The notes beneath the pieces are model-generated. The model did no database searches, had not been told where the DNA came from, and saw only the letters and a list, made by a program, of their open reading frames with translations. Position numbers and translations under genes: made by a program. Below, piece after piece: positions 1 to 12,191 of a DNA stretch of 38,099 nucleotides. Within the stretch, counting starts at the first letter, position 1. Every line of letters starts with the position of its first letter. This stretch comes from Vezdaea acicularis (taxonomy: Eukaryota), in the NCBI GenBank assembly GCA_026025075.1, contig JAPEUI010000142.1, positions 1-38,099 of the forward strand. Reading direction: 5' to 3'.

Positions 1-1037
1 TGTGCCTACCCGGCTCCAAGCGCTGTTTGAATAAGGGTAGGCACCAGGACGGGTAACTTTCTAACTTCACCGTTGCCCCAATTATAACTATTTGGGGCCA
101 TGGTGGTATAAGTTTTAACAGCTTTGCGGAGTCGATTCCTTGGCCAGGGCTTAATCGGCCCCTTCATGGGTCATACGCTTCTACAGCTTCTCTTGAGTTT
201 TCGTAGCCACAAATGTGATCTTCGTCCAAAACGATAGGTTGTTTCGAGAGAATCCCACAGGTGGGATGATCTGCAAGGATTGAAGTTCAGAAGTCTGCAA
301 CAGTCAGCATCAATATTGGTAGCCTTTATTATGGTGATACACTATATGGATTTAACGTACATCCTCTCCAGTGTTCTTCTTTATTTTCCCCAGAAAGAGG
401 AATCGGCGCCTTTGCAGAAGCAGATAGGCAGATTTTGATTGCACGAACCCCAATTCTAGGTTTGAGAGATGGTCCCAGAGAGAAATTTCACGCTACCAGG
501 CTGTTATCATATTGTGGTGCCTTCTCCCGACGTTATCCTCAAGTCAAGCCATGACTCCTTATCGTGGAGACGATAAGAAGTTAAGCCGAGGACTCCATCC
601 CATTTCTTCGACCAAGCAAACGCTGGCGGGTTTGCACTCATCATAAAGACAATCAACCTGCCATCTCCCATCCCTGCATATATTTGAAGAAGTTCGCGAT
701 ATTAGTGCAAATACTCGACTTTTAGATAACCTAAAGATTGCCAGGCCGTCGAACAGCAACTCAGATATCATACTTGCACGTTTGTTGGGTCAACCTAGCA
801 ATCGGTTCTTCTATACTGACGATGCTAATTGCAGGTTTGCGCAAACCCAACAGGCGGAAGCGCGCAGATCGTAGTGCCACAGCAAAGCTTATGTAAGTTC
901 AAACAGAACCTTTGAAGCCTCTATATAGACCAAAGACCATGTTAGCTTGCATGTCTTTTCGTCGTGCCTAACGCAGGATTATTGGCAAGGCTTTCAACCT
1001 TGAAGTGATCTTCGCAGAAAATCTGCGGCCTCCGACA

Positions 1038-1604
1038 ATGCCTTCTCGGCGTCGAGGCGCGTTTAAGCAGCCAGTCGATTCTGATAGAGGTCACACTTTC
1101 CTAGGTAGATTGAGTGATTGCTTGACTGGAAAGGGACCCGATATGTTCATTGGCAGTTACTATGGTTACAAAGGGCCAAGGCCAGAGGTATGGGCTAGAT
1201 ATCCAGACTTATTATATCCAAGGGATTTGACGCTGTACGGTGATCCAACCATTGACAATCCTGTTCTTGGATTGGATGCGACTGGATGGAGAAAGACAAT
1301 GCCATGGGCGCGTCGGACAAGAAAGCGCTACAATCCAACAACCAGACGATACGAAGAATTTTCGTATGTTCCACTATGCGATGAGTATGGAAGACTTGAG
1401 CGGAACGTGTTCGACGAGCCATGGGGGTGGAAAGCGGCTCCTCGAGGAATCCTGCATGGCAAGCGGTCGACAAATGAGTGGAACGTTGATGTGAATAAAC
1501 CTTGGAAAAGATTTGAAGCTTCCTGGGCCACAGGTGCTCAAGATTCAAGTCTTCATCGAGGTGGCCTTGGAATAGAGCCTCGTCCATTCACTTATTATTA
1601 CTGA
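1038..1604 (+). CDS. Hypothetical protein (~188 aa, Trp/Tyr/Arg-rich); may have upstream exons
   Basis: ATG at 1038 lies in the 1005..1604 ORF and the composition is protein-like. An intron-like segment lies upstream (GTAAGT 893 ... CTAAC-GCAG 976); splicing it would create an in-frame AT|G. No family recognised. Confidence 0.55.
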   Translation: MPSRRRGAFKQPVDSDRGHTFLGRLSDCLTGKGPDMFIGSYYGYKGPRPEVWARYPDLLYPRDLTLYGDPTIDNPVLGLDATGWRKTMPWARRTRKRYNPTTRRYEEFSYVPLCDEYGRLERNVFDEPWGWKAAPRGILHGKRSTNEWNVDVNKPWKRFEASWATGAQDSSLHRGGLGIEPRPFTYYY

Positions 1605-1704
1605 TGCGCATTCCCTACTGGGCACGTGCACACCAACCTATCTTGGCTTGGAGCTCTGATAATCGATATTCGGGCATACTATTACAATGAAATGTTTGGG
1701 TGTG

Positions 1705-2781
1705 CTAGGACTTCGCTTGGACACATTCTTCGTGTAGCGCAAGCCAGTCTTGTCCGGCGCCAGAGTCAACGTTAACTCCATCCAATAACCTCCGCGCGGA
1801 AGGAAACTGCGCAGTCTCGCTCAGAACCTTGCCACATCTGGCGCAAGGCTTTGACATTATATCTTTATACGATGCAAGCATTTCCTTCTCTAGGTTAGAA
1901 CCATGTAGTAGAAATGGAACAGGGATAGAATTACTAAAAGTAACCTCAAGTCGTTTGGTTGGAGTCTGCTGGCAACACATCTCAAAATTGATGCCTTGAG
2001 TTGTGATGTGCCACCCATATCAACTGATAGCCTAGTATTGACATCGTCATCCGCTGCGATCCTGATTGTAAACAATATGCGGGTTCCTGTCAAGATACGA
2101 AGCTATAACCATTTTAGAAAGGTGTCTGACCAAGAGGTCAGAATTCTTCTTACCTTAATTACCTTAGTCTCGCTATCATAGTGAAGCTTTACGTCACCAT
2201 GAGCTTTCTGGAAATCTTTCACGATATCATCTACATCCCCTAGAACGAAACTTTTCTCGCCTTTGGTCGTAATGGTTTTATCTTCTTCGTTGGCAAGGTC
2301 GACATGGACGGTGTCAACCTTTAGTGGTTCATGAGAATACCAGTCGCTGTGGTCCACAAGGCAATAAGGAGGGACCGCCTTGGAACGAGATCTGCTCTTC
2401 GCGGTATAGTCGAGTACTTTGCGAGTCTCTTCGCTCTTCATATCTGATTGAAAACTCCTAACGTCCTCTACTGCTTTTGTTGCTGCGTTCTTGAAAGTAT
2501 TGAAGAAATCCTCAGCTGTCACATGTTAGTTGGTAGCCGTTAAGACTTCATGCCTCGGACAGAAAGACATACGAGTTCTCTCTTCTTGCACTAGGAATGG
2601 CTGTATCATTCTAGGGATTGTTGCACGCAGCTCACGAGCCTAATTGTATTAGTTCGATATAACTAGTGACATATTAATGTAAAACAAGACTCACTTTGAC
2701 GAACAACTCATTCATGTGGGCTAGCCCTTCGACCAGGTGCGCTTCGTCCCATTCGGGAGTGAGTTTAGAAGTGTTGGACAT
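1705..2781 (-). CDS. MED27: Mediator complex subunit Med27-like, 5 exons
   Basis: Spliced model: MSNTSKLTPEWDEAHLVEGLAHMNELFVK|ARELRATIPRMIQPF...|EDFFNTF...|LRILTG...ILRCVASRLQPNDLRLLL|EMLASYKDIMSKPCARCGK...WLALHEEC. The C-terminal CxxC...HxxC matches fungal Med27. Introns 2694-2640, 2572-2516, 2153-2103 and ~1931-1886 have canonical signals. Confidence 0.75.
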
Positions 2782-3331
2782 ATGGGTAATTATAAGCTAA
2801 ATAAGTAAGATGTGTAGTAGATTGTGAACAAAATTTCTGGTCATAAATGTAGTGATATTGCTGAGGAAAGCTTAAAAAGTTTCGCGGCAGTGAACTGTAG
2901 AGCCGCAGCTGCAGGGTATGAATTAAGCTTTCAACTTTAGCGAGACCGCTAAAGGCACTAAAAGTCGTGACGGCCAGGGGCAAGGCATGAGGCAAGCCAC
3001 ACTTGTACGGGTCATAATTCCTTACAAACTATTAGTCTATGAGTTCAAAACCATAGGCCTATAATTCAGAGGAGATATCTATCAAATCTACCACGCTATG
3101 CACTAGTACATCTCCAAGTCCGCACAAGAAGAATGCCCCTAAATCCATTTGGACCTCCCGGAATCCTTACGCCACGACTCCTTGGCAAGCGGAATACAAA
3201 AGCTAGCCTTCTAGGCCTTGTGCCACAAGAGCTTATGCCATGGGCAAAGCATACAAGTCCAGATGCAAATAAGAGACGACAGAGGTACGTTTCCATAAGA
3301 TATTATCAGGAGATAGGAGGTACCTGCTCCG

Positions 3332-4444
3332 CTACCGTCGGCCACGATTGCTGGGAACCATCTCATCACTGTAGAGCCTTCGCTCATCATTATACCGGCC
3401 TCTGCCGCGCGATGAATCTCTCTCAAAGCCATATGATCCATCTTGATATTCCACGTTCGCTCGCCTTTGTTCAGGGCTTCTCGATTCTCGCGGTACCCAA
3501 TAGTCGTTTGGTTCGTTAAGGGTGCTCCTAGTCGGCTCAGAATGAACTTTGGGACCAGTGGGGATAGCGTTGATTGTAGGTCGCTTGGAACTTATATAGA
3601 CGTTGAGCTTCCGGCCATCTGCCTACATAGTGGTGATATAATCAGCATTGGCACAACTCATATTGCCAGAGATGCTCAATATCTTACTAGAGCATTATGA
3701 AACGTATCGACCAATCTTTCCGCTGCTTGTCGCCCAGGCACCTCGATTTCAGCGATTCCTCCGGTTGTATATTCCCTCAACTCTATTACACGAAGTCCGT
3801 CCCCAACGTGTGGACTCATTGCCTCAGCAATGTCTCCTGCAGTGGTTCTAGGTGCAAAGCCTTCCGCAATGACAACCGTAGGGCTCGCAGTGCCGCGGAT
3901 GCTAAACGCGCTTGGTGTTTGCACAGACTTTCCATTGGAGCCATTTTCCAACTCTTCAGGCTGCAAAGCTGCATATAGCTGCTTACCGCTGGCAAAATGA
4001 TTCAAGTTATGACGAGTTGGAAGCTTAGAGACACGAGAGACTTTTGGGTTGTTGACGTGGTGTAGATCGTGAACCCACTGGGTGCCAATATTGGATCTCG
4101 GTTTGGGGGTTGTGGATGCTGATCGTTGGAAGGGCTATTCATGCCAGAAGATCGGTCAGATTCCTAAGTCTCTGAGAAAAGGGAGAGGTGGTGTAACCTT
4201 CTTTGCACCCATCCTGCTAGCAAGACTGCCTCCTACTCCAGATTTTCGCGCACCCAAGGTTGCACTAGGGGCACTTGCCCGACGTCCTTTTCCAAAAATC
4301 TCCGAGGCCAGGGCTTCATTCTTCTTTTTCTGGCGATCTGGGAAGGCCCTCATGAGTATTGGCAGGAGCAAAGGAGAGTGAGCTTGTGAGCTAACCTGCA
4401 TTTATCATGTCCTCGAATGAGGGAATATCCTTCTCGGCCGCCAT
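3332..4444 (-). CDS. RRM-domain RNA-binding protein with N-terminal UBM-like helix, WxHD motif and RG-rich tail, 4 exons
   Basis: Spliced: MAAEKDIPSFEDMINA|DRQKKKNEALASEIFG...|...QWVHDLHHVNNP...VVIAEGFAPRTTAGDIAEAM...IAEIEV...AAERLVDTFHNAL|ADGRKLNVYI...SRGRGRYNDERRLYSDEMVPSNRGRR*. The region shows an RRM-like beta-alpha-beta pattern ending in ADGRxLxV. Confidence 0.75.
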
Positions 4445-5245
4445 CAGTGAGGTTGACAATTATAAGCGGTCTTCGAACTAGATTCCTAAAGTCTAAGGCC
4501 CCAAATGAAGGTTATAAGGAATGTGCACAAAAGAAAAAAACAGGGTGAAGGTGTAGCGCGTGAGTGGATATAGGGTCCGTAAGGTTAGTTGCTCGTTCGC
4601 GAAAGCGCCTAAGCGTGTTCTTTCTTTCCAGAGCGTGGCTTTCGGAAGTTTCGCATATAAAATTTCCGCCTTAGTCTCCTCAATAGCGAGTGTAATCTTC
4701 CTTGAAGCCTTCCTCTTCTATGTTATCTAGTAACTGTATTTACCCTAGCGTATATATCTTCTCTTTAGTGTACTTTCTATGCCTAGACACACACCCTCTG
4801 GTGCTGTACTGGCCTCACTGGTGCAAAGCCAGAAAAGGCCCAGCAATGCACGAAGGGACGATTCATTAAGCAGGAAAGCGGCGACGCCGCAAGTCTGTCT
4901 TGTGTTGTCAAGCCAACTCGAATACTCCTTCTCCTAGTTCTTCTGTAATCTCCATTGGATATTCCATTCCTCATAGAACACCAAGTTCAATGAGAGTCTG
5001 AATCGTTGGCTTTCTCATGTATGGCTTCTCTCGGTAGACGAATCTTTGGTCAAAAGAGAGACCTGGAAACTGCCTCCACACATAACAATGGATCTTTGTC
5101 TCAGCTTTCTGGTCAATTGGATCATACCCAGGGCTCATTGAAGGAAAAGTGGTGAGCTGCTTGTAGAGAAAGAATAGGATTTGTTCTGACACAGGTACTG
5201 TCAAACCTTAGCTCACAAGCGAAGCGTAGCTCCCGGGCGTCATTA

Positions 5246-6674
5246 ATGGCTTCAATCTCCCAAGCTCGGAATACAATTTGTCGATGCGCGACCTCCCCAA
5301 GAAAGTCAATCTTAATGGCCGTTTCTAACGGACTGCGGTCTGCGGCCTCTTCGATGTACGAAAGGCCTTCAAGTGATACCTTAACTAGCCATACCACCAG
5401 CAACATCACCTCGAAATCCAAACATAGCATTCATGAGTCTCTTAGAAAGGTTTCGCCTCTAAACTGGAACCCTAATAATCTTCATGAGGAGACCTTGCCA
5501 TTCTCTCCAGAGCAGTGTCGACATAACACCTCTCATGCGTCAATGAATCTCCCAGTGCTTGATTTCGATGCCGACACCCTTGGAATGGAGTCGACTAGAT
5601 TAAAACTCGAAGACATACCCTGGAATGAGAACTTTGTGAGTCAGGCGTTGCAGACTTCACCCAAAGGGCCGTCCGCGCTACCCAACGTTCACTCTCACTC
5701 TCTTGCGAATGAGGCAGAGTCTACGTACGGCAGGCCGTGTCTAGATCTTCCAAAATATGAACACCGCCTGAAGGATATGAGCAACAGCTTGGATCAAGAT
5801 AGTACGACGGGGATTGATTTGAGCACAGATTGCATAAGCTCAACTCCTGTAGCTGTAGCCAGCTCTACACTACATCCGAGAACGGGCACTTCTTTGGATA
5901 TTCCTGATTTAGACCCTGGATATCATCCGCTTGCAAAAGAGCGTCGAAGTTCTGACGTTTCCTTAATGGACTTAGAGGTCCCAGTTCTCAATATGCTTCT
6001 GTCAGCAGGCTCTAGTGTCGATCTCGATATGGAAGACAATATATTATCGATCGATCGGATGGAAGATGGAACAGATTTCAAAGCTTTAAAGCGTCAAGCA
6101 GTTCCATGTGATGAAATCTCCGTTGAATCAAGAATGCTACATGTCTTTGATCAATGCTCAGAAAGCAATGGAAGGGTACCATTTGGTACACCAAACGGCG
6201 TACGTATCTCAAGACTCCGTCTTTCCGATTTTTCAAGCCACTCAGTCGGTTGGAATTCACTTTTTCCTGCGATTATCAAAGGTCGCTAAGGTAGTTGTTC
6301 AATTACAGGCTCATCGACCGTCAGACAGTGACGATCAAACAGAGGAACTGTTATGTGAAGGATCTATGATTAGCTTGATATCTCGTGGGCAGGATCGCAA
6401 TCTTGGATCCAGCTCGAGTGGCGTCTCGGTCAACTACGATGGTACACAAGACCAGATTGAATTTGAAGTCTGGGTGCGATATAACGACACCCACCCAAGC
6501 CCTCAGCGGCTAACGCCTAGGCGCCCATCTGACAGCGTCTCTCGCTCTTCTGATAGGCCCAGCTTGCCAAAGCCCCCTGCATCGGATGAATATAATCCGG
6601 GGCGGGCTTTCAATGCCGCTAGGATGCCAGTTATGGGCTCAAGTATTAGCATTCCTACAATCCTTCCACTCTGA
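5246..6674 (+). CDS. Hypothetical Ser/Pro/Asp-rich protein; exon structure unresolved
   Basis: A 347-aa ORF overlaps a 188-aa ORF in another frame, implying an intron or frameshift near 6100-6300. No recognisable domain. Confidence 0.35.
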
Positions 6675-7698
6675 ATAAGAGATCTCGGCGTATTCAATTC
6701 AATTCTTTCGGAGGTCTGCCGCTTTCCTTCTCACACTACCGTATAGAACCGGGCTAAACTACTAAATCACTCAGCATTGCTTTCTTTGCGTTTGCACTTC
6801 ATCTTCCTAGTATTTGATGCTACTACCTCGGCATGAATGGAAAATACGCATGCGAGACTCAGATATTGGGGAATAAGGAGGAAGCTATACCTAGGGTTTT
6901 CTGCTGTTGTACTCGTCTAGCGGAAAGGCGGCACAAGTCGTTTTATTATCTCGATTACTTATATTTCCTTCCTCGAACATAGCTCTTGTGTAATCCTGCA
7001 TTTGAGCTACAAATTCTGCTAAGGAAGGGTGAGCAATTATTATGAAAGTAATGAAAGTATTGGATAATAAACCTTCACTTTCTCCTGTCCCATTGCGGGT
7101 GATAAGCGTCACCATTTTGCACAGGCCCTAAACCATCCATTCATTCTCAGATCACTCGCCTCATGCTCACGTTCATTAAGGAGGAATAGATTATGAAAAC
7201 CTTGTGTTTCATGTCCTGACTTTGCCTAGCGTTGACCGAATATCACAACGAAGACTCCGCTGACTGTCCAACTCGAACCTGACAGCTCTTGGGCTCTGGA
7301 TACTGCTTCATAGGCTACTTGCTCCTCCGGTCGACTCTCCTACTAGGTTGTGATAGATGATAGAGCGTGAATCTTTCAAGTTTGAGCCTGTGTCTGGAAA
7401 TACAGCGAAATATCTGTTGGTCTGACTATCGAGGTGTTATTCATATCGGTGACTGCTTTAATAAGCGCATGTCAAAAGAACTCGATAAAGGGCCCATGAA
7501 TATACTTGATACCGCAAATATTCACTGTGCTAGTTTACTCGTCGCTACAGCATTGAGATATAACCAAAGCTAAAACTAATGCTTTTCCATACACTACTAT
7601 CCATGCTAGACTCGTTACTAAATCTATACTTCACTGAGTTACGCCGCGATTTATCCATGTGACCGTATCAAGAAGCCCATAATGATGCCTAAAGAAAC

Positions 7699-10143
7699 CT
7701 ACCAAACCCAAATAGTCTTATACGCCAGAACGCGGCTCCCCAGCCTATCCCACTCTATTTGATTGATCCATGTATCGTTTGTCTGAGTCAACTTCCCAAA
7801 CACACTTCCGCCTTTCCACATCACAACTTGCCCATCAAGCTCTCTTGGAGGTGACCCAATCATAATATCTTTTGCATAGCCAGGCCGGAGTTCTCGAAGC
7901 CTCTCCTCTAGGAAGGAATGGAATGACGGAGTAAGTGAACCACCGCCTGTTAACATGACTCCACCCAGGAAGTCTCGAGTCTTTTTATCGTCGCCTCTAG
8001 CGCCATGCATAATTGAGAGCAATACGGCCTCATCGAGTGACATGATAGGGAGGGGCTCGTTACGAACAACTTTGCTAGATTGAGACAAGGCACCATTCAA
8101 CTCCTCTGCGTTGAGCGCAGGAGTTCCCGAATCCCCACCCGCGAGAGGTGTACCGACGGTCTCTGGAGAGCGAGATCCGGCCTTGGATGAACGGGGCGTG
8201 GCATCTAGGTTATCGCCAAACCTATTCATGAGATTAAAAGCTTGCTGTGGCCTCTCTTTGCTTGGCGTACCCGCACTTGTCTCGCCATTAGTCGCCAAGA
8301 GCATACTTGACTCATCGTGTTCAAATGGAGCAACCTTTTGATAGACTTCGTTCTGTGCCGTTGACACTGGGTCATTTGGGGAATTATCGTATAGATCGTA
8401 TGAGCGGTCAATCAGCTTTCGCCTTCCGTTGAGCTTAGATGAGTTCTCGAACATGCTAGGATTGAAAAATCCCTGATGTACTAAGAATCAGTATTGAGAT
8501 CTATGTTTACTAGCAGTATTGACTCACCATCGCTGCGAGCATCACCTCGTCATACGTTTTGAACGTATATTTCCTTGTATCCTGACCCGAAACTCTTAAA
8601 TGAAAGTCGTAATGTTGTACGCTCATTTCCGCTTCGTTCATCGTACAGCACTTTTGCTTCAGCTCTTCCGCAAGCAAGAAATCGTATCTTCGTCTTAAGT
8701 TTATTTCCGCATAAGGAAAGTGATCATAAAGCATCATTTTGATAAAGAGCTCCGTGACATCTGCGCCACCGTATTTGAGGTTGATTCGGGAATCTTCAAC
8801 ACACATGCCATCTTCAACGCAGCAGATAGAAGTCTTCTGAGCTCCAACATCGACTACACATGCACTAGTATACCCAGCTCCGAAGGTTGCCGCCAAACTT
8901 TCCTGGATAAAGCACACCCGCTTGAATCTCAATTCTCGCATCAGAATCTCAAGCATTGCGGTCACGTACGCCCGTTCGTACAAGTCGGGTATGACGAAGA
9001 CACAATCATACTGGCGCCATTCTTTCTTTCGCCGAAGACCAAGCTGGGACTTGATAGCTTCCTCAAGGATAATTACAGTATCTTCATAAAGCAGTCTTTT
9101 AGTAGCATAGTCTTTTTCATTGGGCCATCCCTGTCGCAGTGGCCAGAATAGTTTGTATCGTGGTCTCGAATTGTCCGGTATTCTAAGCGCAGCATGGCCG
9201 GTGATATAATCAGGGGCATTCTTCTCGCCAGGTGGTATCTCGGTCCATTCGATACGATGAGGATCGTTATGCTCAGGAATGGTCTCGGCCTCCACCTTTT
9301 TGTTGTAGCTGAGAACGAGTTCCTTCGGAGCAGGCAGCACGCGGCGTTTGTTGTTCCTCATCCTTGATTTGAGCTCTGCAGATGCCGCCATAAATTGCTT
9401 GGCAAACTTCATACCCATCACTTAGCAAGATATCTAGTGTTGAGGCTTTCTGGGGCTTACCTCTTCTCCAAGAAGCTTTTCCGGCTCCTCAAAGCTGTCT
9501 TCCTCAGACTTTATTCTTTTTGGTCTTGGCTCTCCTCCATCTTCTTCTGACTCGCTTTCTTTCCATTTTCTGGCAACGACCATAGGTAATGACTTTGGCA
9601 GAGCATCGCCACCTAACCCTATTCGTAGATTTTGGCTACCTGGGTGGATGACCACTGTTTTGGAACCGAATCCTGGCTGATTTAATGTATCTGGGTCTTC
9701 CATTTCGCCTTCTTCATCCTCCATCTCAACTTCAGGAGCTGGCGATGGAGGGGCTTCCCCTGAATTCTCTTGTGCAAGGGCTCTGTCCCTATTTTTGTGG
9801 TCTCGCACCTTCCCGCTGAGGCGTTGCTCATTCTGAAGCCTCAACGCTAGTATCTGATCATCGCGCTTAAGGTATTCCCTACAGCCTCAACACAGCACCG
9901 TCAACGTTCCGCCCATTGACGAGTAACACTCGCTCGCGGCTCATTGAGGAGTCACTAACGTGTAATAATTTTTCTGATTGATGGGTGAAATTTGAGGCCA
10001 TGAAGTAAGGCCAAGATTATTGTCTGTTCGTTCGAGGCCTCCAATGCCATTTCTTGTCAGCAAGATCGGTTGATTATTCGATCAATGAATGCATACCAAC
10101 CTTCTTCCCTCTTCAGGGCTTTCCCCGACTTCTTGCCCACCAT
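7699..10143 (-). CDS. ARP8: Actin-related protein 8, INO80 chromatin-remodelling complex, 5 exons
   Basis: N-terminus MVGKKSGKALKREEG|LERTDNN...WPQISPINQKNYYT|EYLKRDDQ. Actin-fold motifs VIHPGSQNLRIG, QESLAATFGAG, VVDVGAQKTSICCVEDG, LTGGGS and WKGGSV are present. Canonical introns join the ORF pieces. Confidence 0.93.
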
Positions 10144-10643
10144 TGCGTCAAAGCAAGAGCGTTGCCAGACAGTGAGTGAAGTTGAAGATACCAATAAGAC
10201 CAAAGCATGGACGAGCCTGCCTACTGAGATTCTATCAAAGATCGTGGAACTTGGCGCCAATAACCTAAATTCATGGGAACAGCGATAGTGTACAGGAGAT
10301 TGACGGAGACCAACAGGTGAGCCCGGTCATGATATGGTCCTCGAATCTACCTCGAAGAGCCTCATACATGTCCATGCAATTCTCCGCATGGATCAATCTG
10401 TTGCCGCATCGTGCATCGGTGAATAGTTTATCCGCTTGCTAGGCGGTGAATTCAAGCTACGCCAAATTTTTTGATAATCCGCCTTCCCTTACATGAATTT
10501 TCTTCTATAGACCCATGTGAAAAGACGTTTTCGCCATTGTTTATTTTCTGTCCTCTAATTTCAAACCTATCTTTTGGCCTGTGGGCCTCTTACTACTCTA
10601 TTCTCTCCCCTGTTCCGTGGCCACAAGGTTGAAGAAGTGAAGC

Positions 10644-11466
10644 ATGGGGGGTTCCATATCAAAGCTTCTTGCTGGCTTGTGGAGCAAAAAGGAGATACGT
10701 ATTCTGATACTAGGCCTCGTAAGTCCCTGAGATCATTTCCTTGGGAGAAAAAAAATCACCGTTCGAAGGGGAATCAGCCATTAACTAGACGGCCACCCAG
10801 GACAACGCGGGCAAGACGACATTGCTTTATAGGCTAAAGGTACATACCCCCTTGACTATTCATTCGTCTTGGAGCTATCTAGCTGCCATTTGTCGTTGGT
10901 GCGGTCCTCACATCGAAGCCCACAGATTGGGGAAGTAGTAACAACCATCCCAACGATAGGATTCAACGTGGAATCCGTTACATATGGGAATCTCAACTTC
11001 AATGTTTGGGTATGTCAAAACACTATCCTCGCTATCATCGTGCCATAATAACCTCCTGTGCTCTAGGACTTGGGTGGGCAAACGAGCATACGGCCATATT
11101 GGCGATGTTATTACGCAAATACTGCAGCAGTAATCTTCGTGATTGACTCCACAGATATTGAACGGTTAGGAACTGCATCTGAAGAGCTGGCAGCAATGCT
11201 TAACGAAGAAGAGCTAAAAGAAGCGGCACTCCTGGTGTTTGCGAACAAGCAGGACCAGCCTGGTGCTAAAGGGGCAGGAGACATCTCGGAAGCGTTGAGG
11301 CTGGGAGAGCTTAGAGACCGTAACTGGAGCATTGTGGCATGTTCAGCGATAGACGGGAGTGGAATTAAGGAGGGCATGGATTGGCTAGTTGTAGGGTTCC
11401 CCTCCAGCGTACGTGACAAGGGATGCTGACACCTAGGAGCAAACGGTACAACAAGAGTCGTCATAA
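10644..11466 (+). CDS. ARL1: ADP-ribosylation factor-like GTPase Arl1, 5 exons
   Basis: MGGSISK (myristoylation Gly2), [36 protein letters not shown] (Arl1-type), NKQD and CSA motifs. Introns start at 10719, 10840, ~11010 and 11391. Divergent from ARP8 across ~500 bp. Confidence 0.95.
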
Positions 11467-12191
11467 GACTACCGGATTCTGTATATACCCCCAGCAACTC
11501 TTCGCATTTACAATATTACGGGAACAATAGTGGCTCGCAGCCTGTTGATCACCTGTCACGCGACGTGGCATTTCTGCACAATCTTCTCTCCTTATGTTGA
11601 GCCAACCTTTGCCTGATAATGCACTCTTTCTTGAGGCCGGCGTGAGGACTCCGGGTGGCGGAGATGTCCATTAGACGATTATTACCTGAACGAAAAGAAA
11701 AGTCTTCGGAAAGCGGCGCGGCAGAACGACGAGATTGCCGATAGCGCGTCTCTTAGGAACTCGGCACATAAAGCCGACGGGGTCTGAAGACCGCAAAGGT
11801 ACCATATTCGAAACCAGAATAACTAGTGGCGTCCCGTAAGGAAATGCGTAGGGTCGATTTTCTAGCGTGGGAATCTTCGAGATGTCTTCTGCTTTCGTTT
11901 AGCGTATTACAACTGCCGGTCGCTAATTGGTGGCTTTTGTGCGCTGGTGTTCGCCACAACCAATTGGGGAGCAGAATGTGACCTCATATTCACCCCACCT
12001 TTTACCCACATGCTTCCGAATGCTACTTTCTAGCTTTGGCTCTTACACCACCTATATCAATCGCGATCCTCCCCCTCGTTGTCGCCACATGAGAAGCCGA
12101 TTGCCTACCACTTTCATCTTCTCAAGTACCTAAAGCATTGGCTTTAAGTCCCAACTTTCTCTTGACTCGTTCTATCTTCTAAACTGCGATC

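Noticed and set aside
94..162. tRNA-like GGGGCC...GGCCCC segment
   Set aside because: No proper D arm, anticodon arm or TTCRA loop geometry.
6700..7690. Short ORFs between the Ser-rich gene and ARP8
   Set aside because: No coding signal or motif; consistent with UTR or intergenic DNA.
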